From NCBI GenBank assembly GCA_037379345.1, contig CM074511.1, forward strand, positions 27,100,862-27,164,861: a stretch of 64,000 bases of DNA. The letters run 5' to 3'. Shown one piece after another: positions 37,681-51,300 of the stretch. The notes under the pieces were generated by a model that worked only from the letters and a program-made list of their open reading frames with translations, was not told where the DNA came from and did no database searches. A program made the translations under genes and the position numbers. The stretch is from Perna viridis (lineage: Eukaryota). Numbering within the stretch: position 1 is the first letter of the stretch; each line of letters starts with the position of its first letter.

Positions 37681-38557
37681 TTCACATAGTATTCGAAATA
37701 ACAGATAGCCAACAGATGTGAACGACACTTTTCATAATTCTCAGAATCGTACATCTTTGATGTCACCTTGATTATAGATGATTTACAGACATTGTTGTTG
37801 CCATGAAGCATGAAATATTGAATATACTGAAAAGTTGATTAAAACACTGAAGAGTTCGAACGAGAAGTGATGAAAGGAGATTGATAATTGTGTCATATAC
37901 GACAATCCCTATTTGTCTAGACAAAAATCTTTTGATGGTCAACAACCTGAAAACTAAATAGAATGTACGAGAACATTTTAATATACACCTCTCAAAAGCA
38001 GGAGCATTGTCCGATACTTTTTTCACGTATAGAACCAAATAAAACAGGCAATGAGATTTGGACATTTCGTGATATCACACTACCAAAACGGCGTAAACAG
38101 CAATACTGGTTGTTAACTTTTAAAGTTTCTACATTTTGTATTTTTCATAATACATTGTAAATAATTGTAGCTTTATTAATGTTTATTTGTACAATTGAAT
38201 AGATCAACACGTGCGTAATAGCATTCAGGGGGGTATATGAAAAAAAGTTGAAGTTTGGAAAAAACGAAAGTTCACTAAACTACTAGTATAAAAAAATTGG
38301 ATGTACCTGTACTTTTACAAATAAAGAACGATATGTAAAATGAATAGGAACATTCTCACATTATAATTAATTTCAGAAATATTATGATTCTAACACAAAA
38401 TTTATTTTTGTGCTTAGATGGATGCCAATACCAGTTTATTTTTTTAGGTTTTTTAGTTTATAAAGTTTTTTACATTTTTTTCTTTTTCTTTTTCTTTCTT
38501 TTTTTTTAGTTTATAAAGCACTTCACAATTTAACACCTACATATAAGAATATATTTA

Positions 38558-38820
38558 AAGAGTAATCAAGGGAACCAAGGTTATAGCGGTAGTCAAAAGA
38601 ATGTAATCCAGGGACAAAGACCAGACATGGAAAACAGACATACACAACAAAGAACATAAAGTAACTAAAATCATACATACAAAGTAACAAAAGTAAATGA
38701 GCAACTCGGACTCCACTAAAAACTGGGAGCATGGACCAGGTGCAACGGTAGGGTAAGCGTCCTCTGCTTTTCTAGAAACACCCGCCGAGTTGCTCATAAA
38801 AAGTCAAGTCCGGGGTAGAC
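38558..38820 (-). mobile_element. Penelope-like 3' fragment (well conserved)
   Basis: Closely matches 63316-63578; perfect 13-bp inverted repeat 38697-38709 / 38785-38797. Confidence 0.85.
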
Positions 38821-39827
38821 AAGCAAGTATATGAAATAAACTCTAGAAGAAGTAGACAGGGTGTTAATAACTTGTTATATACTCCACGATCTCGTATTGA
38901 ATATTATAAACGTTCGCTAACATCGTCTGGTATCAGTCGATGGAACAATTTACCTGAAAAGTCAGACATTGTAATACATTAGCGTCTTTTAAAAAATCTT
39001 ACTTATTGATGTCTGTTTATATGATTATATGAAAACCAATGATATTGTTGTTTTATTGTATTTGTATGATGTATATATATGTTTTACAATACAGAACCAC
39101 TGTATGAAATTGTATAAGGTACAATGTACTGTGTTTATCCTTTTTAAACAAAGTCTATTATTAATATTTTTATTAAGTATCCACCTCTTACGTGTATTCT
39201 TGTATCATTTACCGACATTTAAACATGCAATATTTTTAAAAAAAACTTTCTCATGTGAGCATCTAACTATTCGACTCTACGACTTTACATTATTTAATCA
39301 AAAGTTAAAAAAAAATCATATGAAATACAACTTCGCTAAATAAAATGTCACGGTTTATGTCGGCTCTCTGATAAGACATAATTTAAAATTATAATTAAAC
39401 ATTTATAAATGGATTTTTATAATTTGAATATGCATTTTATATGACATCCATAATAGTCACGTATAAATCAAAAGCAAAAGTTTAAGTCTTTTCCTCTCGA
39501 CGAAAGTTACCCACGAGGAAATTAAATGACTTTGTATAATATTCTATTTGCCAACTTTTTGTCCAGTGTTCCCTGTACCTAGTAATGCAGACAATTCGTG
39601 TAAATACAAAGTTGCTTGAAGCGATTCACACGTTCATTATAGTGCAGTACAAAACAAATCACGTGATTAAAATTGCACAACCCAAAAATGTTACTCTGAT
39701 ATAAAGATATTTAAGTACAGAATGTATTAAGAATCAAGCAGGGTGTACAGTAACATTGAAACCTTGTACAAATTTAAACGTGTATTTCTAAAGTACAATT
39801 ATATTTCTTATCGATCTCCTTTACGCA

Positions 39828-40057
39828 CGGCGGGTGTTTCTAGAAAAGCAGATGACACTTAACATACCAGTGCATCTGATCTATGCGCCCAGTATTTAGT
39901 GGATTCCGAGCAGCTCACTTACTTTTGTTGCTTTGTACGTATATATCATTGTGGTTATTTTATGTTCTTTGTTGTGTGTGTCTGTTTTACATGTCTGGTC
40001 TATGTCCCTGTATTAAATTCTTTTCATTTCCGCTAGAATCTTAGTTCCCTTGATTAT
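39828..40057 (+). mobile_element. Penelope-like 3' fragment (subfamily B)
   Basis: CGGCGGGTGTTTCTAGAAAAGCAGA...AGAATCTTAGTTCCCTTGATTA. Confidence 0.75.
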
Positions 40058-43000
40058 TTTTATACCCGCTTCTTGGTTCACTTCGCTAGCTTATAGGCTC
40101 TGCTGCACAGGATGTGATAGGTTTCTGAAGGCATGAGCACTAATCACTTATAATCCGAGAAGTCATTTACTATTTAATGTAATACTAATTTGCAAAAAGA
40201 AGCCTGGCCCAAGTACTGAGGGTAGCAGAGAAGCACAAACTATTGCATACATCCGCTTTCAATCGCAAGATATTTTTCCTACACAACAAATCATAAACTG
40301 CATTTTTAACACACTCTCTCAGCACTATGCCAACATTATTCAGTTTTTAATGTTTTGACATCAGTTTTCATGTAAAAATTTTAAAAATCTACTTAAAATA
40401 TTTTGCATGTAGGTGAATTATCACCTGCAAGATTCTTACATAGACATACCGTAACCGAGCCGGTATAATTTTTTGCTTTATAACTTACATTGTATTACGT
40501 TACTTAAATGTTTTAGTTACTGCTTGTATCTGCCATGCAAAAGCATGATGCCCACCATGGAAACTTTAAATAAAGCATATTGTGGTTTGATATGTATCAT
40601 TTTTTTTGAAAATGTATTTTATGTAACTTGATTAACAATGGCAATAATTTTATAAAACATTTGTTTTATAAGATGAATTTATATCACTAAAGAAAACGAT
40701 GCATTCAAGTATAAGTTCAGTTGTAGTTCACGCAGGAAGCGATAAGTCCTTTTTGTCAACATTTTGATTGAGTTCTGAAAATGATTCAAAAGATTCAAAA
40801 CTCATAAAAAAAAAATAAAGTAAGCTGGGAAGGTGAAAAAAAAGTATTGACAATTCATCCTTTCTACAATACAAATAAAGGGTTTCGAATAACGTAAAGC
40901 TTTAGTCCTCCACTTCATAATATCGTCTCCTGGTTATCCTTTCAGTTATGAGCAACGTCAAAAACAGGAAGCAGGTAACTAGTTTAAAGGTGTCCTCGCC
41001 GACCCCGCTCTCAAAAGATTGCTGAAAAAGTGACTATTTTGGACAAATTTCAAATGTTTTATTTAGAAAATGTGGTTGCAGAATAAAACAATACATGAAT
41101 ATTACCGGAAATGTCAATATATTTATTTGTACTCGGCTCGAAAGAGTCAGATTAGCACGGGGATCCGACTGCTCCAAAAGCTCTTCAAATTTTGATATAC
41201 ATGTATTATATATTTACACGGCGAACTATAGTAAAAAAATTCAGATTTTATATTTGAATTTCCAGTAGAATTTAGTTGATCTGTTATGCGTAACTCCAGC
41301 ACTTTCCTTTCCTTAAATAATAAAAATAGTGTCTATCGAGATATGAATGTGAGGTTGTGGGGAATGTTGACGAAATTTCTCTACTGATAACCACTTGTTT
41401 TCTTTATTTGCATGATTTTTATATTAGTCTGTACTTAAATATTATGTAACCAGATTAACAATTCATAAATTTACAAATTGTTTGTTTTATAAGCAGATTT
41501 CAAAATCACTAAACGAAAGCCATATTTAATCGAAAGATCAAAAGTAGATTTGTCTTATGGATTCATATTTGGACAACTATAAAACTAGTATCTATATTGT
41601 TCATTATAACAGTAAGACATTTTCGCTTGAATTTTATGATTATTTTATATTTGTAACATAATTGACGCTCGCATTCTGATTTTGTTCTAATTATTTTATC
41701 TAGACGAAGTGTAAAAGTCTAAATCTGACATTTTATTATCTTAAACGATTATTTGACAAGATAAATTGTCTTCCTTGAAATGCAAGTCTGTATTTTACTC
41801 AGTATTTGTAGGGGTTTCTCGTTTGTCTTTCCGTGTATACATTAATGTTCTTTTGGGTGGTTGGATTAGTTCTTCGTCTGAGGTAATTTTGATGTTCCTA
41901 GCGGCATAGATTTTCCTTGACTGTACCTCCGATTGACATTAATTTCAACATGATATTAAGTAGAAGCTGTCTAACTTTAAAGTAACATTACTACATTGGA
42001 AAAAAGAACGTCATTGATATTAAAAGGGTACCAATCATTGGATCAATTAAGTTCCTTTCAACTCGGTCTTTTTATACATCACATTGAGACTACTCATAGT
42101 TGATTGACAAGCGGAGTTCCTTTCACTTTTTAAAAATAATGCAGTACTCAAATTAAGTTATTTTTTATTACCGATCATTCAAATACATCAATCATAAGAT
42201 TCATATCATAAAAAGCATTCAAAAGAGGTTTTTGATAAATAATTTTGATGGATAAAGATATCATTGATATGTTCTTCTTGAAAGGTACACGTTTTAGGTA
42301 AAATAAAGTTTTATTATCAATTTTCACTGACAAAATGTTAATTCAATAAGCATACAAATAAGAGATGGACTTATTGATAAATTAAAACTAATTAAATACA
42401 AAGACTAATCATACATTTGGTGACAATGTTTACATTTGTCGATTAAATTCCTCCAAAATACTCGACTCCCCGACAAGACTTTATACACCTACTCCTATGT
42501 ATATTTGTACTGACAATAGTAAACACATTAGCCAAGCTTAGACCATGTTTCGCTAGATTAAGCCTCTATTTATTGGTGTAAACAGATGTGCTTGCTCATA
42601 ATTTTGTGGTAAATTAAGCTCTTTCCATTTTGCTGTATTAAAACTAAAGTTGTGTCTCCCACTTGTCAGATTCTGTTCGTCGGTACACCTGAAAAGGTAA
42701 GGTCATATATGTAAGTTTTTTTTTCATTTCATCTACATGGTCTATCGTGAGCTAGAAGAAGAGCTATATGGTATATGCAGCAGTATGTGTATGATTATAT
42801 ACCTAACCGGTTATGTTTGCTTTGTAGCAATCTACTGCTGAAATTTGTTTCAGAGATTTTTATACTCTCTTGGGACAAAATAACTATTTTTAAAAGAACT
42901 CTTCAGAAATATGTTGCAAAAAGAGGCACACTGCATGTAAACTGTTGGCACTGTTTCAAATACTCTTGTTGAGCTGAATTATCAAAAAAAAAATGTTGCG

Positions 43001-44947
43001 GAGAACATGAATAAGATTTTAGTAAGTACACCAAGGGAAAGATTTTGAATCACAAAATTTATGGAAAAGTTTACTATACTGTATTTATAAAGACTCTTCG
43101 CCGATTTATTTTTTTTATTGCTCTGGTTTTTAAATCAATATGAACATATTTCGAAGCTACCTTTTAAAACAACCCGTTAGCGTAATCCAGTGCCTTTCTA
43201 TCACTTATCTTATCAAAAAACGTTACAATGTAAACTGTGATTGTCCAAAAAAAGGTACTAACACATGTAGGTCTTACATTTTCCCGTTTTAAATTTAATT
43301 GAAACTGTTCCAGAAAATATGAATAAATATAACAGGCAAACGCATAGAAATTCTTTAAAAACAAATACAGATAACACATGCGTAGGAAAAATACCTTTGG
43401 AAGACACGGAACCGAAATAAGTATGCCGGATAAAAACTTTCTACACCGTGACCCATTCGTACTGAAAGTGTTGTGAGGTTTGTGCTGTGTTCTTTATAAA
43501 CAAGAGACGGAAGAAAACTAACTTTCCACTTTCAATATATTTTAACTTTGACTATTTGACAAGCTTTAATTTCTCCATACTCTGATACTTTTAAGAGTTA
43601 ACGAAGTCGTCTATAATAGATCATACACAATGCACCCACATTGTCAAATTCGCGTATTTTCATTCGGAGCATGATTTTTGTTTGTTTAAATTTGCCTGAT
43701 GCTTACAGATGCTACATATTTAGCACTTAACTCAAAGTGCATTTAAATGTGGTTTTATAGACTTCCGAGTCTTCTGGATGAGGCAGGTTTTTTTTGTTTA
43801 TTAACGGTCAGTTTAAACCGGGCTCGTTATATTTGTAAAAACTTTGACGTACCGGCCGCGACACTCTTAGAACAGAAAGGCAGTATTCGCCCTTTGATTT
43901 TCTGAAAATATTGCAATAATGCACGATGTCAATATCGATTTAAAAACGATTACGATGAAAACAACTGAAACCAAATACGTTGTAACCACATAGTGAGGAC
44001 AAAGATACCAGCAGTTCATTAGCATTAATGTAAAAAATGACCAGAAAATGAAAAAAAAATATTTTCACAGTTTGGACGCAGCTACCATAATTATTATTAT
44101 ACAGTCACTTAAAACGAAATTGCAATATACTTATCATTCTATTTTCATTTCCTTGGTGCGTTCACTCAAAACGAATAATATTTTGAGAAATTTCAATACC
44201 GTTCCCATAAAGTTAATATCAATAATAAGAGAATCTATTATGTATGCAATATATGTGTGATATATATATTTTCTGCCTGCTTTACCCTATTGTGTGATAA
44301 TTCAAAACTAAATGAAGTGAAAGTTTGTTCTTTCATGACCATTCCTAGTGCATTATATAAAGAAGAAGTAACTATGAGTGGTGATTGAATTCCCATTTTA
44401 CCCTTTCTTACGGATAAATAATCAAAGGATTTGGATTTTTAGCACTTACACAGTGAATCATGGGGCGGCTATGAAACTTCGGGTTATTTTTATTTTAGGT
44501 TAAAATATAACATTTCTTTTCAATTTTGAAGGTAAAATATTGAACAATACTTTACTATAATCAATGTAATACGAATCCGTGATTATCAAAATGTGTATTT
44601 TTCCGATTTAACAATTTATTCAGAGGCCCCTAAGGGTGGGGGAGTTTAAATTTTTGACTTTTAAATCAATTCTTACCTATTTATTAATACAAAATTATAG
44701 TCAATTATTTCTTATCTTGAAACCCTATCAGTTCTGTTATAATATTGACATTTAAGACCTATATGAACATCCTTCAGCGCTGACAGACACTTATTGAACC
44801 CCAACTTTCCTTAATTAAACAACACATTTCTTTAAATTTTTGTTACAATTTAAACTCAAGTGCTAGTTACTTAGATTGACATAGACAGTTGAAACCAAAC
44901 ATTTAAAATTAAACAAAATGAGCTGAAAAGTTTAAATCAGTCGTAAA

Positions 44948-45379
44948 ATGACTACTGGAATGCCGGATAATTTTACGGTTGCTGTGGCAGCTTCGAAATT
45001 TAGAAGACTGTCGAGCACAAGTGTAAGGGATTCACACTGGCGCACCTCTTTAATATCAAAAACTTTTAATTGTAATAGAAAAAGTGCCGGGGATGCTACG
45101 GATATCGTACGAAATTCTAAACAAGTTGTTCTGGAAAATGAAGGTGTCGTTGGATTTAAACGGTTTCGAGCTGCGGTTCAGGCAACAATGTTACTTTCTA
45201 ACCGGCGTATTTCAGATCCTTCGGTTCCATCCGGTCACTCCATGGCCGATGTTTTGAAGAGAAGAGGGACTATCCAGGCAGTCAATATGCTCCAAGGGAA
45301 ACGGAGGAGTGGTGGGGACTTCGTTGTCAAAGATCAACGTTTGGTAAATGCAATTCACCGAGCTGCGGACGAAAGGAAG
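44948..45379 (+). CDS. CNBD2-like exon 1
   Basis: 144 codons, in-frame upstream stop, AAG|gtaaga donor. Confidence 0.8.
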
Positions 45380-48300
45380 GTAAGACTTTCCTATACAGAT
45401 TATTGGTTTAGTAATTTACATTCTCCCAAGCCAGGGTTGTGAGTCAACTCAAAGATGGGGGTATTTGAAGAGTTTTTATTTTACTCTTTGGTTTATTTCA
45501 CATCATGAATAAAAATAACTGAAGTCCCTTGATGTGGCGATTTGTTAGAAGTTTTTTTTTTTTTTTTTTTTTTGAATTTGTGGATCCAAAATTGCTAGAC
45601 ATTTCTGTTAAAATTGAATGAATTTCTACAATGAATACAAGCAGAAAAATTCAAAGCATATTCAAATTAAAGTGTATCTAAGTTTTTATCAGTGTAATAC
45701 TCAAAGGGAATGTGGATAAAATTGATTCATTTGATTGGTTAATTAAGGTTGACTTAATTGTCTCACTTTTCCTCCATTTTAGTACTAACATTTTCAAACA
45801 TATCAAGTTTTGTTAAGGAGGAAGACCTAGGGTAAGGGAAACAACTCTTAAAAATCACTGGAACGTTTGTATTCAACATTTTACATCAATCTTATGTAAG
45901 CATCTAATTAACTTGGATTCATTTTATTCTGCTTCAAATGAAAGCTTTTGAGGCTTAGGTGAAATTGTGTATGATGCAAACATATCATTGATTTTATGAG
46001 ATGTCTACATCCTTAAGCAAAATCAAAACATTATTGTGTCTTAATTTTGAAAAATTGTCATCGTTCTATTACCGTGGTTTTTTTATTACTTTTGTGTCGG
46101 GGCCCTTCAGAGCAAACATAAAGATGCGTTTACATTTGTTAAAGACCTTTTGGTCATCTCTGAAAGTATTTAAGTGTAAGTGTTTGTAAGAATCGGAAAA
46201 AATCGGAAAAAATCAGAAACATGCATGTCAAAAACCCTCCGACCTGACAATGTAATATCACTCAAGGATACTTTCTCTATTTGAAAAGACCATTATTTGA
46301 TGTCTCCATCACTGGCTTTGCGCAGAAACTGTTCAATAGAATTTTAGTAAAAATGAGGTTCATTTTCAGTGCATTTCAATGAAGTTGTAACTCAAATGAT
46401 ATGGAAAATCTTGTCTGTTTCCCTTGATTCTGATGCAAATAGTCAAATTACACTATCAAAATGATGTTTTTTTTTTTCAAACCATGTATCACCTACTGCC
46501 TGATTCTTACAGGGACTGACACTTAATATTTTGTGATAAGGTAATTCGCATTCGCTGATGTATTTGTTGCGTTTCGTCATATCCGTAAACCCGGTGATTT
46601 TTTTCTGAAACAAGCACATCGCATTATCCTTTTTATAATGTGTCTTATATATGCCACGTGTAGGCGCTTAGGTGAGTACTATCTAGTTATTACTACGAAT
46701 ATTCAATTTGACTAACAATAGGATATCAGCTTAAATAGAATGAACAATTACAATACAATACAACAAGTAAAAGTATGCCGATATAACAAATACCCGTCTA
46801 ATATCGGTGAAGTATGCCGATATAACAAATACCCGTCTAATATCGGTGAAGTATGCCGATATAACAAATACCCGTCTAATATCGGTGCTGGTACTGTTCT
46901 GACCAGTCGTATAATGGAAATCCGTATTGAGACTATTTACTTTGATAAAACGAACTAGGCAAAGTTGGAAATTGGACTGGTAGCCAATAAAGGTATATAA
47001 GCATAAATTAGTATATTCTTTATACTGACCGAGTAACTGGTCCCTGGTTCGCAAAGATACTACAGTTGTAAAGTCCCTTTGTAATGCTTCTGTCGGATGT
47101 TGAACCCTGGGCCCTCTGAACATCTTTTGTATCAAAAAATAAATCTCTTTTATCTGTCACTAATGTGTAAATAAGCATGGTCTAAAAAATAATAATTTTT
47201 AATAATTTGAAGAAATATTATTTTGGTTAGGTAAATGTGTTCTAGATTTTTTACAAATCACGCACGTATATAGGTTGCTGCTTTTTAAAGTTTATTTTAC
47301 ACCAGCTGAAAATGTGGTTTGAATAAACAAACATTACCGATCATCCACAAGACCGGTACACGACCATTTTAATTTTTTGAAGGGATTTAAGTAATTAACT
47401 TGTCAACGGTCAACACATTACAAGCAAGTGCTTTTACAGTTAACAAAATGATAAATCCAAATGAAAATATTTATTGAATTCTGTGTTTTGTCGTTGCCAA
47501 ATGTAAAAATCACAGTTACGCGGATTAAATTTAAATCTAGGCTAATTGTTAACTACTTATCTCAAGCAATAGCCTGTCAGAACAGACCTTTGAAAACAGA
47601 CTATAACCGTTGGCGGGTCCAGTGGGTTCCATAAGCTGGATTTCTCCTTTATATGTAAAACAAATTCTATTCATATTATTCGAGCAATATTGATAAAAAA
47701 TTAGCATGGATCCCCCTCTTTTAATAAATTTTTGGATTCGTCCCGGATAGCCCCAGAGGAACGAGTTTTTCATTGTATTTTTTCCTGGTAATTCAAATGT
47801 AACTGAAAAAGTGGTCAGTGTGGCACCAAAACTAAGCTGTGCATATATCTACAGAAACCTAGCGTGTCGTACGCTTGCACCTCATCATTACATGTGTATA
47901 CAAACATTGCCTTGGTGTTGAATCCTTCCCCTTGAGTGCGGATTTAGTGTCTTCCTTCCCCGAACGGAATTCGAATTAGAAGTGATTGTTTAACTCCGCA
48001 AAGCATACATGAGATAGCTGATTTCTACGCTTTGGTGACATAATTGTCAAGATTGGTGACATGACTTGCTCTGGGGTATTTGTATTGTCAGCTAGCACAA
48101 ACCCGGGTGTTGGTGTTCGTTTTAATGGTCAGCTCGTTCTCTTTTTTTAAATACATACATACCCAAAATGGACATTAACCTAAAATCAATCAATCAATTA
48201 ATCAGATATCAAGTCCCTTCGATCTTTGTTGTATTTCGTTGACTGTTTGTATTAAGTATCACTCCAGCTAAGGATCATGCAAAATGTGATTCATGGGTAA

Positions 48301-51300
48301 AAAGCCGACATATTTTTATTTTTTATATTTTGTTTGAATTGCAGAGTAAAAAGAAAATAACATTCTGTTTTTCATATAACCTGTGTTCTTAGGAGATAAA
48401 CATTATATAGAATGCAGTGTAGATTTTATAATTAAAGGAGATAACTGTAAATGGCACTCAAATTCAATAGAATCTACTGGATTTTCAATGTTGATTATCT
48501 CCTACGAGCAGGCAGATTTGAATGAATAATTACACATTTCATAGTATAGACCCATAAAACAACTTAATAACAAAAATAAAAATATGTAGCCTTTTTGGGG
48601 TGTATCACATTTTTCAGATTTTGCATGATTCTTACAAAGACAGCTACTTAAATATACTTAGAGCGAAGTTAGAAAATCTCCTGAATACTCTTGTTGATAT
48701 ATCAATATTTTGATAAGTAGAGAAGTTTGTTCAATCGTGTTAATAATAAAAGAAAACAGCGAGAGGATTATACACTTTGCTTTACCTACAAAAATAGTGG
48801 TTGGAGTTAACTTATTTTAATTTCAAAATGTTTGGCTGATTTAATTAATTATGTCCGATTTGGGAAAATTTGTTCACTAAGTAAACATCTTTCGCAGGTT
48901 TCTTTTGGAAGATTTAAACTTTAGATTAAGTTATTAAGTTACGTCAATGGTAAGTGGAATCTTCAAGAGTATAGGAGCGATAATAAAGGGAAGGTAGTAC
49001 AGGGTGACAGTTGGAAAACTTAGAACGTGTATGGTGACAAATAAACATACGGATTTCGTATAGAAAATATTAAACGATTTTCAAGTGTTGTTATTATTCT
49101 TCGTGCTTTCACTAATAGCCTGTTGAACTAATACATGTTTGCTGTCGAGATATGATAGTCCTGTAACCTAAGAGTTTGTAGTTATGTGAAGTTTTGAGCA
49201 TCTTAACGAAATCCAAATAAAAAACGTCGACCAACTACGAAGCATTTTTGTTATAAATAGGTTTCATTGATCAAAATATCTACTTGAGGTTTCATAACTT
49301 TTTTCGGACTAAGCACCCCCATCCCTTTTTGCCTTTTGATTCTAGTGTATCACTTTGTGTCTTTATCTGGTCCTCTTATGTTGGGTTCAACTTCAGCTTT
49401 TGTGCTACATGTACATTTTATATTGTAGTTTAGTAAGTGTCTTTTGGGTGTTTGGTATATAAACTTTAAGCTAGAGGGCTTAGTGTTCTTATATTTTATT
49501 TCTACTAGATTCGGTGTATATGAAGAATGTAAAAGTCGTCTATACGTTACCGTTCTGGAGTGTTTGTTTTTAAATATAATAATTTGCAGCTCGGTCGTTG
49601 CCCTTTGAACATTTCTGGATTTTTATCAAAATTTTTTTTCTAATATTTCATTCATTAAGCGTTAAAAAATGTGATTTTCTTTTTTTCAGAAAAGGCTACT
49701 TAGGAAATTTCGGGTCATCGCAAAGTCGATTGGATACATGATACATCTATCTCAGAGAGTGAGAATGGACAAGTAAGTTGAAAATCTATATGCATCTACA
49801 ACTCCAGAAATGAATCGGGTAAAATCAATGAAAAGACTGAGATATACAAAAGTTTACCACATGATTGCACAGACTGATGCGGTGAACGGACAATAACTTT
49901 ATGGATTAAGGTGAATTGTGCACGAAAATGTCGAAGTTTTCAGCCATTTCGTTTACATTTATTATAGTTTAGACAGTCAAATATTTTCTCTAAAATACAC
50001 GTACTTGTAAAACAGATGTATCGTTTTAATATCATATATCAGTGGAGGATCCGAGAAGGGACCCAATATTTGTCAGACAATTTTGTTAATTTTGTACCAA
50101 ATTTACGCATAAATGAGGAAATTGTCGTCCACAAACCCCCCTTTTATAAATTTCCTAATCAGGCCCAGCCATACATGTATACCTGAATCTTATAATGGTG
50201 TATAAAAGTTACGTACACAGAAATCGTGATTTTCGGATTGTAGATTTGTCTCGCTTTTCCTATTTGATTGACAGTAACATAAGAATGATTCCATAATCGT
50301 CAATTCCAACTCAGTATTACAATTATAGTTGTCAAATAATTGAAGATATTTATCAACTTAAATAAACGAAGTCAATTCGTATATGGAACAATTAAAGTAC
50401 TATCGGTCGAGGTGAAAGTTGAAACGAGGCCAATTCGTATAAGGAACAAGTAGAGTATGGATTGAGGGCAAAGTTTGGAGTTGGCATAGAGTACATGATG
50501 AATCACTCAGATTATATATACGCTGTATTGGGGATGAAAAGTTTAAGTATAGTTATACAACGCAAACATTTTGCTGAATTATGAGGATGTTGTACCATAA
50601 ATTCATTTTTATAAAACAAAAACAAAACAAAAACAACACAAAAACAAAAACGCACACACACACACATATACACAAAACAGATTAATTGATCAACACTCAA
50701 TCTTTTTGTTTTTTACTTTTAGATTAGACAAACTATCTCACTTTTCTTAGGTTTGCAAGTTATTTACGTCTAATTAACTTTGATTTAAATTCCAGTGAAG
50801 ATTCAAATGTGGCCTTCCGAGCTGAGATGAACAGATTGAGTGAAATCCTATCTTTGAATGACAGTGGGCAGGTTCCCCTAATTAATAGAATAGATACCTC
50901 ATACTACAAAGCAAACACACAGGTATACTGACTGAATATGTTTTCTTACATGTATAGTGTAAATGTAAAAAAAAATGTAACTGGTATGGTGAATGATTAC
51001 AGATGTTGTAACATAATCCAGGGATAACAAGTAAACGAAGAAAATGGACACGCATAACGAATATAATGAAACAAACACATACATGCAGAAAACCAAAACA
51101 CCTGAAAACATCCTCTGCTTTCTAGATACACCAGCGAGTTGCTCATAAAATGTCACACCCGGTGTTTCCAGTTGTAACACAAATTACCTAGTATTCTAAT
51201 TTGTCATCACGTAATATTGTACATGACAATATTTCAAAAAAAAATTAATTGCTTTATATTAAAGTTTTCTTGTATAATTTATCAAAAATTGAGAGCAAAT

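Noticed and set aside
37700-38100. Coding-like composition with overlapping short ORFs
   Set aside because: Multiple stops in the frames read; no recognisable homology.
38523-38797. Recurrent hydrophobic ORFs ([14 protein letters not shown]..., ...ESELLICF...) at many loci
   Set aside because: They are translations of the retroelement 3' UTR; frames vary between copies, so this is not a gene family.
42640-42702. Possible non-coding first exon of the CNBD2-like gene (AAAG|GTAAGG)
   Set aside because: Only a donor-like motif; needs transcript evidence.
46050-46160. Inverted similarity to ~54130-54235
   Set aside because: Two old copies of a common repeat; too diverged to argue for long-range pairing.
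46731-47135. ORFs with 13-aa repeats
   Set aside because: By-product of the 39-bp minisatellite.
47930-48203. Possible tRNA-SINE remnants with an (ATCA)n tail
   Set aside because: Too decayed to define boxes, ends or a TSD.
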